DNA of 47,197 bases from Macrostomum lignano (taxonomy: Eukaryota): the NCBI GenBank assembly GCA_002269645.1, contig NIVC01003055.1:1-47197 (forward strand), read 5' to 3'. The position numbers and the translations under genes were made by a program. Position 1 is the first letter of the stretch. Each line of letters opens with the position of its first letter. The notes beneath the pieces were generated by a model, which did not search any database, was not told the DNA's origin, and saw only the letters and a list, made by a program, of their open reading frames with translations. Positions 1-12,141 of the stretch are shown in pieces.

Positions 1-1277
1 CTGCTCGTGCAATTTACGCTCGTAATTCCAGCTTAAGGGCCAACCCCAAGGCACAGTGAAGTGTACATGCCTAACGAAAATTAAGTTAGGGCCGCTGTAC
101 ACTCCTGTGTGAGTGAGTGCCTGTGCGTATGACTGCGTACGTATTCGCGCCCTTGTGTGCTGGCACACAAGCTGACACCAAGTTGTTGTAGCGTCAAGTC
201 CCAAAACGGCGTTATCAATGATCGAGAGGTTCCCGCTTTCTTCATTTCCAGGGGACTCCCCCCCCCATAGCTTTTCACTTGGCACAGGGCAAGTTGCCCC
301 TTTACTTCACTCTGCAACACGTGTAAAGCAGTTAAACACCAATTGTTTCACTGCAGAAAGAACGCCTTTTTCTCTGCAACAAAACGAGTTTTTCTTTGCA
401 ATTACTGTTCTATCGACAAACACTCCTTTTAGAAGAATGATTAAGATAAGACTACAGATTCAGAACTGATTAAGAAAGGTTAAAACCCGTGAAAGAATTT
501 TCTCCTTGCGCTCCTCTGTATAAATACTAATTAAGTTGGCTACCTATTGGATCGCGCCTATGGTCAATAAAGTCTAGCATAGTTACAAAAATCAATCGCA
601 TTAAAACAAATCATACAGTATAACAAATTTATTTTAAACACTAAATTGTAGAATATTACTATTATTAAAAATTGTTACAATACTATCCTACACCTCAGTA
701 TCTCAGTAATACACCTCAGTATCCTACACATCAGCAGTATCCTACACCTCGGCCTATATAATACGGTAGGGTGTACAGGGTACGGGTGCACCTTGCTTGT
801 CGGTTGTCAGGATGTTCCTATGCGGATCATACCTGCATCAGGACGCCAGGTAGCCTAAACTACAGTAAGTAGGCGTCAGGACACACGGAGCCTTAGTTGC
901 CCCCTTTTGTAACCAAAAGAAGGAAGACAGAGGAACGCATCCAACTTTCCTAGCTCCTTTCAACACGTCTCTTTGAATTGGATCTTTTCCATAGGAAAAC
1001 GTCCTTACGGCGAGAGCAAACCAATCACAGGACAGCACGAAAGCCAAACTAGGTATAGAGAGGCGAGTGACGACGCCCAGACTACCTTAAATGGCTAGCG
1101 CACGCGGGGGGGGAGACTGCAAACCCCGAGCCCACAACCCCCACAACCCTCCGACAGGCCCTGCCCCACGCCAGCCAATCACACCGCGGCGGGGGGTGAG
1201 GAAAAACTGAGCCAGCTGCCCGCCCAGCCAATCCACACCAGTCCTTCACATAAAACTTAAGCAGATATCACTGACAG

Positions 1278-1428
1278 AATGCTACCAAATTAACATGCTA
1301 CCAAATTAACATGCTACCAAATTAACATGCTACCAAATTAACATGCTACCAATTAACATGCTACCAAATTAACATGCTACCAAAATTAACATGCTACCAA
1401 ATTAACATGCTACCAATTAACATGCAAG
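1278..1428. repeat. 16-bp minisatellite (ATGCTACCAAATTAAC), about 9-10 copies
   Basis: Tandem units are directly visible. Copy B has only about 2-3 units at ~7909-7950. Confidence 0.9.
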
Positions 1429-1712
1429 TACCAAACTTATGGTCCAAAGCAGCACCGCGGTCACCCCAACCTACTGACGTACGACGCAGAGTCGGCTAGG
1501 ACCAGACAGCTCGAGTGATTCTCTAATGCCTCTGGCACGCGTGCCAGTTGAGGTGCGACGGGCGTACGACGCGTCCAACCAGTCAAACCTTCCAAAAACG
1601 GACGACAACAACTGGGACTTACGCTCGTACGTAGCCACAAAAAACGGCTGAGCCAATCAACTAGAGCGATAACAACAAAACAAATAGGTCAGCCAGCAAA
1701 CGTGGGACAATG

Positions 1713-2482
1713 TCACAGGGCGCGTTTCAGGGCCTGGGCGCGAACGTAGGCCGCACCGCCGGCATCAGCCAACAGGCAGTCGACGAAACGCCAAGTGCGG
1801 GCCTGCCCCCGCCGGTAAGGTTCCTGCAGCGTGAGCAAAAGCACTTCCTGCACCGGCTGTGGGCAGTACGACTCGGCTCGGATAGAATGGCTTTGCCAGC
1901 TGGAGTCGTCGATGGCGCAACATTTCGCTGGGACGGGACAGGCTGGTGCGGCGATAGAGTGCCGCATTGGTGACTCGCTCGTAGCCGATCTTGAAGCGGC
2001 GCGCAGCAGTCCAGCGTGCGCCGCATCGACCTGCTGTTCGAGCGAATCAGACAGGGCCCAGGTCTCGGCGTTGTACAACAGTACGGTTTCGATCACCGCC
2101 TGGAACAACGCCGCCCTCTGGCGTCAGGCAAGGCCTTGGACTTCCTCGAAAAGGAAGGCAGCCCAGGCAAGTCCACAGCAAAGTCGCAGGTCCTCACGAA
2201 CGTCAGGTACCAGACCGCCGAGATAGACGAACTGCTGACATCGCGGAGGCCTCGTCACCTGCGCGTCTGCGCCTCGGCAGAAAATTGCAGCCTCGATGTC
2301 GTCCGGCACGCAGAGCACAACGGTCTTCTGCGTGTTGACCACCAGGCCGACGCCGCAACGCTTACCAGCCGGTCCAGCTAGCGCTGGGCGCCCTCGACGG
2401 TCGAGGAAAGGAGGGCGAGATCGTCGGCGTAGCCAAGCACGCTGAGCCGCGCAAGCGACAGTAACGGCGCAAGCGATCTCCC
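1713..2482 (-). pseudogene. 5'-truncated, frameshifted non-LTR retrotransposon reverse transcriptase (RTE-like clade), C-terminal part
   Basis: Translated pieces include LGYADD (YADD; read across frames and intact in copy B), FVYLGGLV, LFQAVIETVLLYNAETW and RRLQ, which are typical of the RTE-type RT palm/thumb. Frame changes occur between the pieces. Confidence 0.85.
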
Positions 2483-2899
2483 TAATTAGAGTGAGATAAA
2501 CGAATGAGAAAATAGTCAATCGCGACTCAACCTAGCCTAGGGTTTGGGGTGGGATCGACATTGCAGTACAATTAAGCAGGGGTGGCTAGGCGGAGACCTA
2601 AACTAGGCGGCGCATTCACCCCACAATTACCGGAGGTTGTCGTGCGATTCACAACCATTAGAGCCAACTCCAATGCTCGAGAGTGTACATGCCTGACCGA
2701 TAAACAGTTAGGGCCTCTGTACACCCTGAGACGCTGACAGACTAGCTCGAACAACACGCTGACGGCCGTCGAACGCTGGCCAGATCGACAACGTAGGAGA
2801 CATGCCACTGCTTTGTCCCCCCCTACCCCACCTTGTTGACCTGTTATGGAAATCAATCATTTCACTTCAGGGCGACAAAACATAGCATCTGCACCATTA

Positions 2900-3050
2900 A
2901 ATTGAGTGCATGCGGCGCTAAAATGAGTGCCTGTGGCACTAAAATGTGTTCCTGCTGCGCTAAATTGAGTGCATGCGGCGCTAAAATGAGTGCCTGCGGC
3001 GCTAAAATGAGTGCCTGCGGCGCCAAAATGAGTGCCTGCGGCGCTAAAAT
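2900..3050. repeat. 21-bp minisatellite (GCGCTAAAATGAGTGCCTGCG), about 7 copies
   Basis: Tandem units are visible. They explain the repetitive KMSACGA / LAPQALI ORFs. Confidence 0.85.
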
Positions 3051-3889
3051 GATCGCTGACAACACCGGTTCGGAAATAATGTACATGTAGGAATTTAGTA
3101 ATGTATATGTAGATGTAGAACTCTCGGCTTCGTCTCCCCTACCATAAAATCCATGGCGACGCTCCTGTAACTTGTAAGAAAATCGCTGTGCGTAAGAGCG
3201 TAAGATACAATGAGGTTTTGCCAAATATAAAATGATTTCAGTAGCTGAAATATTCGCCGGAACTTTGCAAGATTAGTTCTAGTGTATCCTGTGGTTATAG
3301 TAGCTCAATTAACTTGCGAGTTCACATCGGACCAAACGCATGCATGCTGCATTTCAAATGTCCAGATGGTGAGACCTCGGATCCAACAGTCAACATAGGG
3401 TTAATGATACTCAAATTAAACCATAATTAACCAATACTTGTTTACTAAAAACTGTGCAAACGACTACATAAACTTGTTGTTCAACTAAAAATAAGATAAG
3501 ACGCATCACGTGCATAAATTTCAGTGTGCAGGTCGCGCTGTGGGACAGTTCTGTTGAATTGACAACATTGCAGGGTACTTGCCATAAATAGAATTGAGAA
3601 GAGAAATAGAAGAGAAACGAGTGTACGAGCTACAACCCTTCACTGCAGACTACAGTAGCCCTAACCTCTTTAGGTTATCTATAGCTTAAATGTACTCGTA
3701 CTTGCACGCACACAACCGAATTCATTTACCTGGGGTTGTTGCAGCCAGTTGTAAACACTCCAAACACGGTAGTACCTACTTTTGTTATGTTATAACCAGT
3801 GACTGTTTTGGATGAGAAATTCGCGAGCTTGCTGTGTAGAAGCCGCAAATTTTACGTCGCAAGTTGGATGACACCTATAGCAAGCTAAA

Positions 3890-4809
3890 ATGGAGCAAGC
3901 TTTAGTGCGAAGCGATTTATCTTCTATCAAAATTCGAAACGAGCCGATACCGAACCATTTAATGTGCAGCGGCTGCTCAGAGCTGCTCATAAATTCCTAC
4001 CAGACTCCGCACGGATGCCGCCTGTGCCAGCGGTGCTTCAGCAACGAGCTGCTGCAATCCAGCGATCGCGTCTGCCCCTGCATTCATTCGCTGGACAGCT
4101 GCAGAGACCGTGCGAGACTTGTTGAGCACTTTGTGAGTCAGGCTGTCTGCTTCCCCGACACTGCAACACGAAAGGACGTGCTCAAACTGGAAGTCCGATG
4201 CTCGAACGAAGAGTCCGGCTGTGAGAAGCAGCTCACCTTGAAGCAGCTGGATTCTCATCTGACTGACGAGTGCCAGTTCGCGTTCGTCACGTGCGACCGC
4301 TGCTCGAAGCGAGTCCGTCAGTTTGAGCTGAACGGCTGCCACACGGATCTGCGGTCTCCTCACTGCTGCTCCGAGTTCCGAGCTCCGTGTCCTCACTGCA
4401 GCGACTCGAGCAGCAGGCTGTACCGCTCGGAGTTCCAGGAGCACCTGATGACCTGTCCGGAGAGACCGAGCGACTGCAAGTACCGACAGAGCATCGGGTG
4501 TCAGACGAACGTGGCAATGTCGCAGCTCGATGAGCACTACTGCTCGGTACCGATGGCCACCTGGAGCTCACGGTGCAGCGCTTCCAACAGGAGCTGCAGC
4601 GAAAGGACTCCGAACTAAAAGAAATCAATAATTTGTTGATGAAGCTCAAGACCAGAGATAAACAGAGGGCCATTGAAGTCGGACAACTGAAGGAAAAAGT
4701 CCTGAAGCTAACCGAACGTTTATCCACCTTTGAAAAGTCTCCTCTACTAAAAACACTGCTCAATCAAGGGGTAAATAAGGCTTTAAATTGTAATGTTTCT
4801 CAGCATTAA
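3890..4809 (+). CDS. TRAF-like protein 1 (variant RING, TRAF-type zinc fingers, coiled coil; no MATH domain seen), with a 1-nt frameshift near 4550
   Basis: Shows CSGCSELLINSYQTPHGCRLCQRC (RING-like), FPDTATRKDVLKLEVRCSNEESGC and HLTDECQF...CDRC (TRAF Zn-finger signatures). The frame HLELTVQRFQQELQRKDSEL... (coiled coil, ORF 4573-4809) continues after a one-base shift at ccg-atg-gc-cac-ctg. Confidence 0.8.
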
Positions 4810-5539
4810 AACCCATCGATGTGCCGAATTCACTGCCCCTGTTTATCCGCAATTTCAGAGACGACTGAGCAACGGCGATTTAACAGAGCAGCCCGTTGAA
4901 GAAGACAATCAGAGCCAGCAGGATGCCGCCGTCAAGGAATTGAACAGGATGGGTCGAAGGAGATCTGTTGTTTTTTGAATTTGAAAAACGAATCATAAAT
5001 TTATATTTAATTTTGTGCCAACTTAACGCAGAAAATAACATTTTTCTAACCTACACGTACATGTAGAGTGCTGTAAGATACTTCTACGAGTAATTCCATT
5101 ACTAAAATATTTAAAACGAGGACCGAAAAAATCCAACTCCCTAATGATAAACAATTTGATTGATATTTGCTAAGAGATTTTCTGCTGTTTCATAGCATAA
5201 GTATCACAATTATCTTACTAGCCTTACTTTTAGTAGCCACGAGCAACAAAGCAAGTATAGTTTTTTATCAAATTGACAGATCGAAAGTGGGCAAAAAGGG
5301 CTTTTATATTATCCAATTGACTGCCACTCGTTCATATCAATTTTTTGACTCAATTGCGCCACGTGAAGCAATGCTGGTGGGTGCTTTCTGGGACATGCAT
5401 AATCTAAAAACATTTTTTCAGTTTTGTTCAGGAAAACCCATTAACTCCGCGATATCGGGGAATCACACGAGGACTTCACTATTCCCATGTAGCGATTTTT
5501 ATAGCAGTGAACTCGAGTATCACTAATGACAAGCACACG

Positions 5540-6315
5540 TCATTCAAACGGCGAGACGCACTCGCACAGGGCATTCGTTGGGAAAGACAGCGTTTCTGGT
5601 GCGTCTACCAGACCCGTTATGCCCGAATAGCGGAGAATGTACTTCTCGGCATTTCCACCGTCATTTGGTTCAGCTGCAGCCCACAGGCTGGGATCGAACT
5701 CCAGCCCGCAGTCCAGCCACCGCCACCCTCCGCTTGGCTCGGGACTTCCCTCTTCCTGGTGGCCGCCGAGCCAGATGTTCAGGCCGCTGAACTGGGAGCT
5801 GATGAAGCGCAGCTCCTCAGCGTCCAGCACGTCGGCCATGATGACGAGGCCGGTCTGGTTGGCGCAGACCTGCCGGCCCCTCTGCCAGCCAGCCGTGCCG
5901 TTCACCAGCCGGTAGCGAACCCCGCACCGCTGGGAATCGAACTCAGGCGGGCAGAGTTTTCCAGGCGGCAGGCCCGGCCGCTGCTTCACGAAGACCCGAC
6001 CGAAGGCCGAGCAGCTGGCGCTGCAGTCCCGCACGCCTTTGCTGCACCTGTCGAACACGAACAGCTGGCAGGGGCCGCGGGCCAAGCTGAAGGCCTGGCA
6101 GCGGGGCCTGCTGGCGCAGAGCAGCGAGCACAGGACCTCCGATGCTGCCGCGCTGCTGCCCAGGGGCGTCTCCGTGAACTCGCTGCGATGCACAGGCTGG
6201 CGTTCACGGCTGTGAATGCCTGCTGCGATGAGCACCGGCTGCTGCCAGCTGTCACCGAGATCAGTAGGCACTGCAGCTCGAGCAGGATTGCCGGGAATTT
6301 GTTGAGGATCTTCAT
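5540..6315 (-). CDS. Secreted PAN/apple plus C-type lectin domain protein (EPN motif); signal peptide lies in a different frame (frameshift at ~6180-6215)
   Basis: MKILNKFPAILLELQCLLISVTAG is signal-peptide-like (ORF 5986-6315). CSLLCASRPRCQAFSL...CQLF is PAN-like. The segment W..GRQVC...IWLGG...WRWLD...WAAAEPND...LVD...ALCE is a C-type lectin domain. Confidence 0.8.
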
Positions 6316-6501
6316 TTCGAGACTTTAAAATTTTGCTAATCTTGCATTTGAAATCGTAGCACAAAACTCAATAACGAATTTCTAATATTTGGGAGCAGAT
6401 CATCGCTTTTTATGCACTCACCAATCCCAGAGTTTGTTATAATTGATCTAGCAAAGCTCGTCCAATGAGATTGAGGCTGCATTTTTACATGTAGAGAACA
6501 T

Positions 6502-6570
6502 GGGGGTGTAGACCAGTGGTCTGGCGAGGCGCTCTGATGTGCCAGCGGTCCAGGCTCGATTCCAAGTAGA
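6502..6570 (+). other. Degenerate tRNA-like sequence (possible SINE head or tRNA pseudogene)
   Basis: GGGGGTGTAGACCAGTGGT is A-box-like and resembles a tRNA 5' end. GGCGC/GTGCC forms an anticodon-arm-like stem and GGCTCGATTCC is B-box-like. The T-stem and acceptor stem pair poorly. Confidence 0.4.
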
Positions 6571-6612
6571 GACACATTAATTTTGAGGCTAAATTGGAAT
6601 CTCGGCTTGGCT

Positions 6613-9325
6613 CTGCTCGTGCAATTACGCTCGTAATTCCCAGCTTAAGGGCCAACCCCAAGGCACAGTGAAGTGTACATGCCTAACGATAAATAAGTTA
6701 GGGCCGCTGTACACTCCTGTGTGAGTGTGCCTGTGCGTATGACTGCGTACGTATTCGCGCCCTTGTGTGCTGCACACAAGCTGACACCAAGCTGTTGTAG
6801 GCGTCAAGTCCCAAAACGGCGTTACCAATGATCGAGAGGTTCCCGGCTTTCTTCATTTCCAGGGGACTCCCCCCATAGCTTTTCACTTGGCACAGGGCAA
6901 GTTGCCCCTTTACTTCACTCTGCAACACGTGTAAAGCAGTTAAACACCAATTGTTTCACAGACAGAACGCCTTTTTCTCTGCAACAAAACGAGTTTTTCT
7001 TTGCAATTACTGTTCTATCGACAAACATTCCTTTTAGAAAAATGATTAAGATTAGACTACAGATTCAGAACTGATTAATACGACTGAACCGAAAAGGTTA
7101 AAACCAACAAAAAAATTTTCTCCTTGGGCGCCTTTTTATTAATACTAATTTAAGTTGGCTACCTATTGGATCGCGCCTATGGTCCAATAAAGTCTAGCAT
7201 AGTTAACAAAAATCAATCGCATTAAAACAAATCATACAGTATAACAAATTTATTTTAAACACTAAATTGTAGAATATTACTATTATTAAAAAATTGTTAC
7301 AATACTATCCTACACCTCAGTATCTCAGTAATACACCTCAGTATCCTACACATCAGCAGTATCCTACACCTCGGGCCTATATAATACGGTAGGGTGTACA
7401 GGGTACGGGTGCACCTTGCTTGTCGGTTGTCAGGATGTTCCTATGCGGATCATACCTGCATCAGGACGCCAGGTAGCCTAAACTACAGTAAGTAGGCGTC
7501 AGGACACACGGAGCCTTAGTTGCCCCCTTTTGTAACCAAAAGAAGGAAGACAGAGGAACGCATCCAACTTTCTTAGATTTTTTCAACACGTCTCTTTGGA
7601 TTGGATCTTTTCCATAGGAAAACGTCCTTACGGCGAGAGAAAACCAATCACAGGACAGCACCGAAAGCCAAACTAGGTATAGAGAGGCGAGTGACGACGC
7701 CCAGACTACCTAAATGGCTGGCGCACGCGGGGGGGAGAGACTGCAAACCCCCGAGCCCTCCAACCCCCACAACCCCTCCCGACAGGCCCTACCCCACGCC
7801 AGCCAATCACACCGCGGCGGGGGTGAGGAAAAACTGAGCCAGCTGCCCGGCCCAGCCAATCCACACCAGGCCTTCACATAACAACTTAAGCAGATATCAC
7901 TGACAGAATGCTACCAAATTAACATGCAACCAAATAAACATGCAAGTACCAAACTTATGGTGCAGAGCAGCTCAGCGATCATCCCAACCTACTGACGTAC
8001 GACGCAGAGTCGGCTAGGACCAGACTGCTCGAGTGATTCTCTAATGCCTCTGGCACGCGTGCCAGTTGAGGTGCGACGGGCGTACGACGCGTCCAACCAG
8101 TAAACCTTCCAAAAACGGACGACAACAACTGGGACTTACACTCGTACGTAGCCCCAAAAAAACGGCTGAGCCAATCAACTAGAGCGACAACAACAACAAA
8201 AAATACGTCAGCCAGCAAACGTGGGACAATGTCACAGGGCGCGTTTCAGGGCCTGGGCGCGAACGTAGGCCGCACCGCCGGCATCAGCCAGCAGGCAGTC
8301 GACGAAACGCCGAGTGCGGGCCTGCCCCCGCCGGTAGGGTTCCTGCAGCGTGAGCAAAAGCACTTTCTGCACCGGCTGTGGGCAGTACGACTCGTCTCAG
8401 ATGATATGGCCTTGCCAGCTGGAGTCGCCGATGGCGCAACATTTCGCTGGGACGGGACAGGCCGGTGTGGCGATAGAGTGCCGCATTGGTGACTCGCTCG
8501 TAGCCGATCTTGAAGGCGGCGCACAGCAGGCCAGCGTGCGCCGCATCGACCTGCTGTTCGAGTGAATCAGTCAGGGTCCAGGTCTCGGCGTTGTACAACA
8601 GTACGGTTTCGATCACCGCCTGGAACAACGCCGCCCTCTGGCGGTCAGGCAGGGCCTCGGACTGCTGGACAGCCCTCACGGAACGGAAGGCAGCACAGGC
8701 AAATCCATAGCAAAGTCGCAGGTCCTCACGAACGTCAGGCACCAGACCGCCGAGATAGACGAACTGCTGACATCGCGGAAGCCTCGTCACCTGCGCGTCT
8801 GCGCCTCGGCAGAAAATTTCAGCCTCATGTCGTCCGGTACGCAGAGCACAACGGTCTTCTGCGTGTTGACCACCAGGCCGACGCTCGCCGCAACGCTTAC
8901 CAGCCGGTCCAGCTGGCGCTGGGCGCCCTCGACGGTGGAGGAAAGGAGGGCGAGATCGTCGGCGTAGCCAAGCACGCTGAGCCGCGCAAGCGACAGTAAC
9001 GGCGCAAGCGATCTCCCTTTAGAGTGAGATAAACGAATGAGAAAGGTCAATCGCGACTCAACCTAGCCTAGGGTTTGGGGTGGGATCGACATTGCAGTAC
9101 AATTAAGCAGGGGTGGCTAGGCGGAGACCTAAACTAGGTGGCGCATTCACCACACTTACCGGAGGTTGTCGTGCGATTCACAACCATTAGGGCCAACTCC
9201 AAGGCGCAGAGAGTGTACATGCCTGACCGATAAACAGTTAGGGCCTCTGTACACCCTGAGGCGCTGACAGACTAGCTCGAACAAGACGTTGACGGCCGTC
9301 GCACGCTGGCCAGATCGACAACGTA
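6613..9325. mobile_element. Composite repeat, copy B; direct repeat of 1-2795
   Basis: Same order of modules as copy A, with scattered substitutions and indels. Confidence 0.85.
8232..9017 (-). pseudogene. 5'-truncated RTE-like reverse transcriptase fragment, copy B
   Basis: LARLSVLGYADDLALLSSTVEGAQRQLDRL...GLVVNTQKT, CQQFVYLGGLV and LFQAVIETVLLYNAETWTLT. Truncated at the same point as copy A. Confidence 0.85.
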
Positions 9326-9453
9326 AACGTCGGCGACGAGTGAGTCACCAACGCGTCACTGTATCCCTGCGCCGGTGTGTCCCGTCCACATCATCCGCGC
9401 CGAGTCACACAGATTATTATGTACAAAACTTAAATCTCGTTTTCTTTTTTGTA

Positions 9454-10618
9454 TCAGTTTCCGCCAGGCACAGCCAATTCCGCGTTGGTCTCTTCCGTCA
9501 AACTCTCCGACGCGGTTCTCTTGCGGCTGGGCAGCCAATTGGTCGAAAATGGGCTCGATTGCACCCGTCGATGACAACCTTTCGACGGTAAAGCTGCAAC
9601 CGATGCTGGAGTCGAAGATTCGCGTCCGAGTTCCGAGACGTTGTTGGCAGAGACGCGATTGGTAATTGTCTCCAGAGACCTTCGCAACTCAGGCTTGGTT
9701 GCTGAGACCGAAGCTTCGGATTTGGCCTGCAATAAAGGAGCGCTGCTACATGCATATCAACTCAAAGTGGCTAATTCAGTTTTAGATCTTAATCACAATG
9801 ACAGTGTTTACTATACGAACCTGTTTGGCTTCGATGAGCTTGATCCTAGCTTTTAGATCACCATTTTCCTTCTCCAAGCGTGTTATTTTTGCAGCATCAC
9901 TGCACTTGGACGCCTGCAATTCTTTGACTATGTTGCTCATCATAAGCAAGTGCTCATTAGTGTTTTGGCTGTAATGCTCAGTCAGCTGCCTCTGCTTTGA
10001 CCTCGCTCGACAGCCAAACTCGGCGAACGGACATTTCACAGGAATCTCAGAGCAAGTCTTTGCATGCTCAATAAAGTCCACACGGTTTAGCATGTCACTG
10101 CCGTAGCCGAAGAAGCCGCAGTAGCCGCAGTGGCAGCGGAAGTGTACACAGCAGTCGGCAGACTCCAGATTGCAGTGAACAAGGTGCAGCTTGTACACAA
10201 TGATTTCCCTGAGACAAAATTGGCACGCGACGGTCTCGTACTCGCATTTCTGCTTCAAGTGCTCCTCTAGCATCTTCCACTGCATCTGCTCAGAGCATCC
10301 GAGGTCAGCATTCGGACAGAAGACCCACAACTCGGACAGCTCCCGTCGGGTGGCCAAGTCCGGCAGGCATCGGTCACGGCAAACCCAACGCTGTCGTTCG
10401 CCATCGACATTGCTGTCGTTGTCCTGGTCTGTTGTTCCCGGACAGGGCCCGCAGTGTGTCGGATGCAAGCTGTTTACGCACACCTGGCACAGTCTGAATC
10501 CTTGCGGCGTCTGGAAGCAGTTGACCAACAGTCCTTTGCAGGCTTTGCAGACAAAATAATTGGGGACTGCTGATTGAGACACAGGCTTGGCACGCAGGGC
10601 TCTTTCTGATAGCTCCAT
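9454..10618 (-). CDS. TRAF-like protein 2 (degenerate RING, Zn fingers, coiled coil, low-complexity tail); 2 predicted exons, about 356 aa
   Basis: Exon 1 is 10618-9821 and exon 2 is 9726-9454. They are joined by a phase-0 GT(TCGT)...TTGCAG intron (9820-9727). Motifs include CKACKGLL, LPDLATRREL, CPNADLGC, HLKQKCEY and CPFAEFGC. Confidence 0.8.
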
Positions 10619-12141
10619 TGATCTGGATTTAGCTGTACGAGTATAAAGAATTGTAAGAAAAACGTAGGCGCTTTATTTCATTTAAAAAATATTGGCGCTT
10701 TGGTCATAGTACACGGATGAAGGAATGTGAGTTTAGTTTAACAAATTCTGAAGGTATTTCCAAGGCAATTCCGTGGGTTAGCAGAATACACTGGCCAGTG
10801 TACAATAGCATAGTGTACGCACAGTAGTAGAGGTTAAACTACCCCCTGCCCAGAAGTACGTATTCGAAGCATGGAATACGGTGCGAGAACATTCAACTTG
10901 TCGCTTTACCCTCGATTAATAGTAAGCTAAGCTGCATGACCGACTTTGCGGGCGAAATCTAGAGTAAACAGTACGCGCACCTATCTGGCTTGTCAGGACT
11001 AATGCAAAATAAACGGCAAATCCGCGGAAAAGCCGCGGAAATTTCGCGGTAGAAAAACCTTTCGGTTGAAGGCTATGAGTGGAAGCATAGCATAGTTTTA
11101 GGTCTTTCCTAATAATACTTAGGAAAATTAGGCTTCGTAAAATTTCTAGTCAGCACGATATGATAAAAGAGATGCAAATTTAGTCTGAAGATGGGAGAGA
11201 GCGGCAGTTTCGCTGTCGGATCGTAAAAATAGACCGACTTGCAATTGAGTGTAGAATTTTCTAAAATAATAGTTTATTTTGTCATGAAAAGATCGGTATA
11301 AAGTGGCTCTAAAATTAGTTAGAAAAGCGCGAATCATAACTTAGGCATCTAGTAATCAAATATGTAGAACTTTTGCTAAGTAAAATCTGGAAATAGGATA
11401 TCTTACGATAACAAGAGGAAACATGATTCGATTGTTGAAAAAACATTCGGACGGAGTGCACTCGTCCTTTGTCCCTTAAATATAAAATCTTGGTTGCTAG
11501 AATAACACTAGAGATAGAAGACAAACTTTGATGCGCTAGAAAACGATGAAAATGGAAAAAATCTTTGTGCTCTGGGTCGATATATTTACGAGTTCTGACT
11601 GTAAGTGTACAATACTCGTTCATGAACAATTAAATGAAAAAATCTATAATCCACACAAACGAAAGATAAACACTCGTACAAAAGTTGGGCGGTCGAAATT
11701 TGGCAATGTACGTACATATTCGAACAAATATGCTATATGTTAAACTGATCGTATAACTATTGCAGACCCCAGATGTAAAAGAACAAAAAACAGTGGCAGC
11801 TCCAAAACAAGGCTTGATTTTAATATTCAAAAAAATTCTTATTTGCTGAAAAGCGCGTCGGGTGTCATGAAACTCATTAAAAAGTTCTTAACAAAGAAAT
11901 ATGCTAGCAGAACTTCACTTTGTAACGTTTTTACTTCCACCAGCAAACTTCGACAAGAAAGCTTCAGAGTAAATTTCACAGTCACTTAAAAGTCAGTCGA
12001 TTTAAGCTGGCAATATAAACGGACAAGACCAGTCGATATTTCAATGCGAGACGGCCGTTAAAATGTTTTGCATAGGCGTGATCGACTGATCCGTTTTGAT
12101 GACCAACTTTGTTATATTTTCCTCAGTGATGTATGCCTGAT

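Larger units (their letters stand above)
1..2795. mobile_element. Composite repeat, copy A (left end lies outside the window); direct repeat of 6613-9325
   Basis: Aligns by eye along its whole length with 6613-9325. Position 1 corresponds to 6613, and similarity ends at ...cagatcgacaacgta (2795 / 9325). Contains an RT fragment, a 16-bp minisatellite, CCAAT-rich segments and two variants of a conserved hairpin. Confidence 0.85.

Noticed and set aside
37-240. Assignment of the conserved hairpin region to a known ribozyme (HDV, twister, pistol, hammerhead)
   Set aside because: Diagnostic cores are absent (HDV L3/J4-2, twister GUCCCAAGC with matching P2, CUGANGA...GAAA). It is kept only as an unassigned motif.
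4771-4978. Short intron extending TRAF-1 into ORF 4793-4978
   Set aside because: The available GT donor and AG acceptor are out of phase and splicing yields an immediate stop.
5507-6328. 273-aa plus-strand ORF and other long antisense ORFs opposite GC-rich genes (also 3977-4537, 1831-2381, 37393-38796)
   Set aside because: They are shadow ORFs of GC-rich coding sequence on the opposite strand and have no recognisable domain.
10640-12140. AT-rich spacer with short ORFs between TRAF-2 and TRAF-3
   Set aside because: No domain signal and no clear TIR/TSD pair could be identified by eye.
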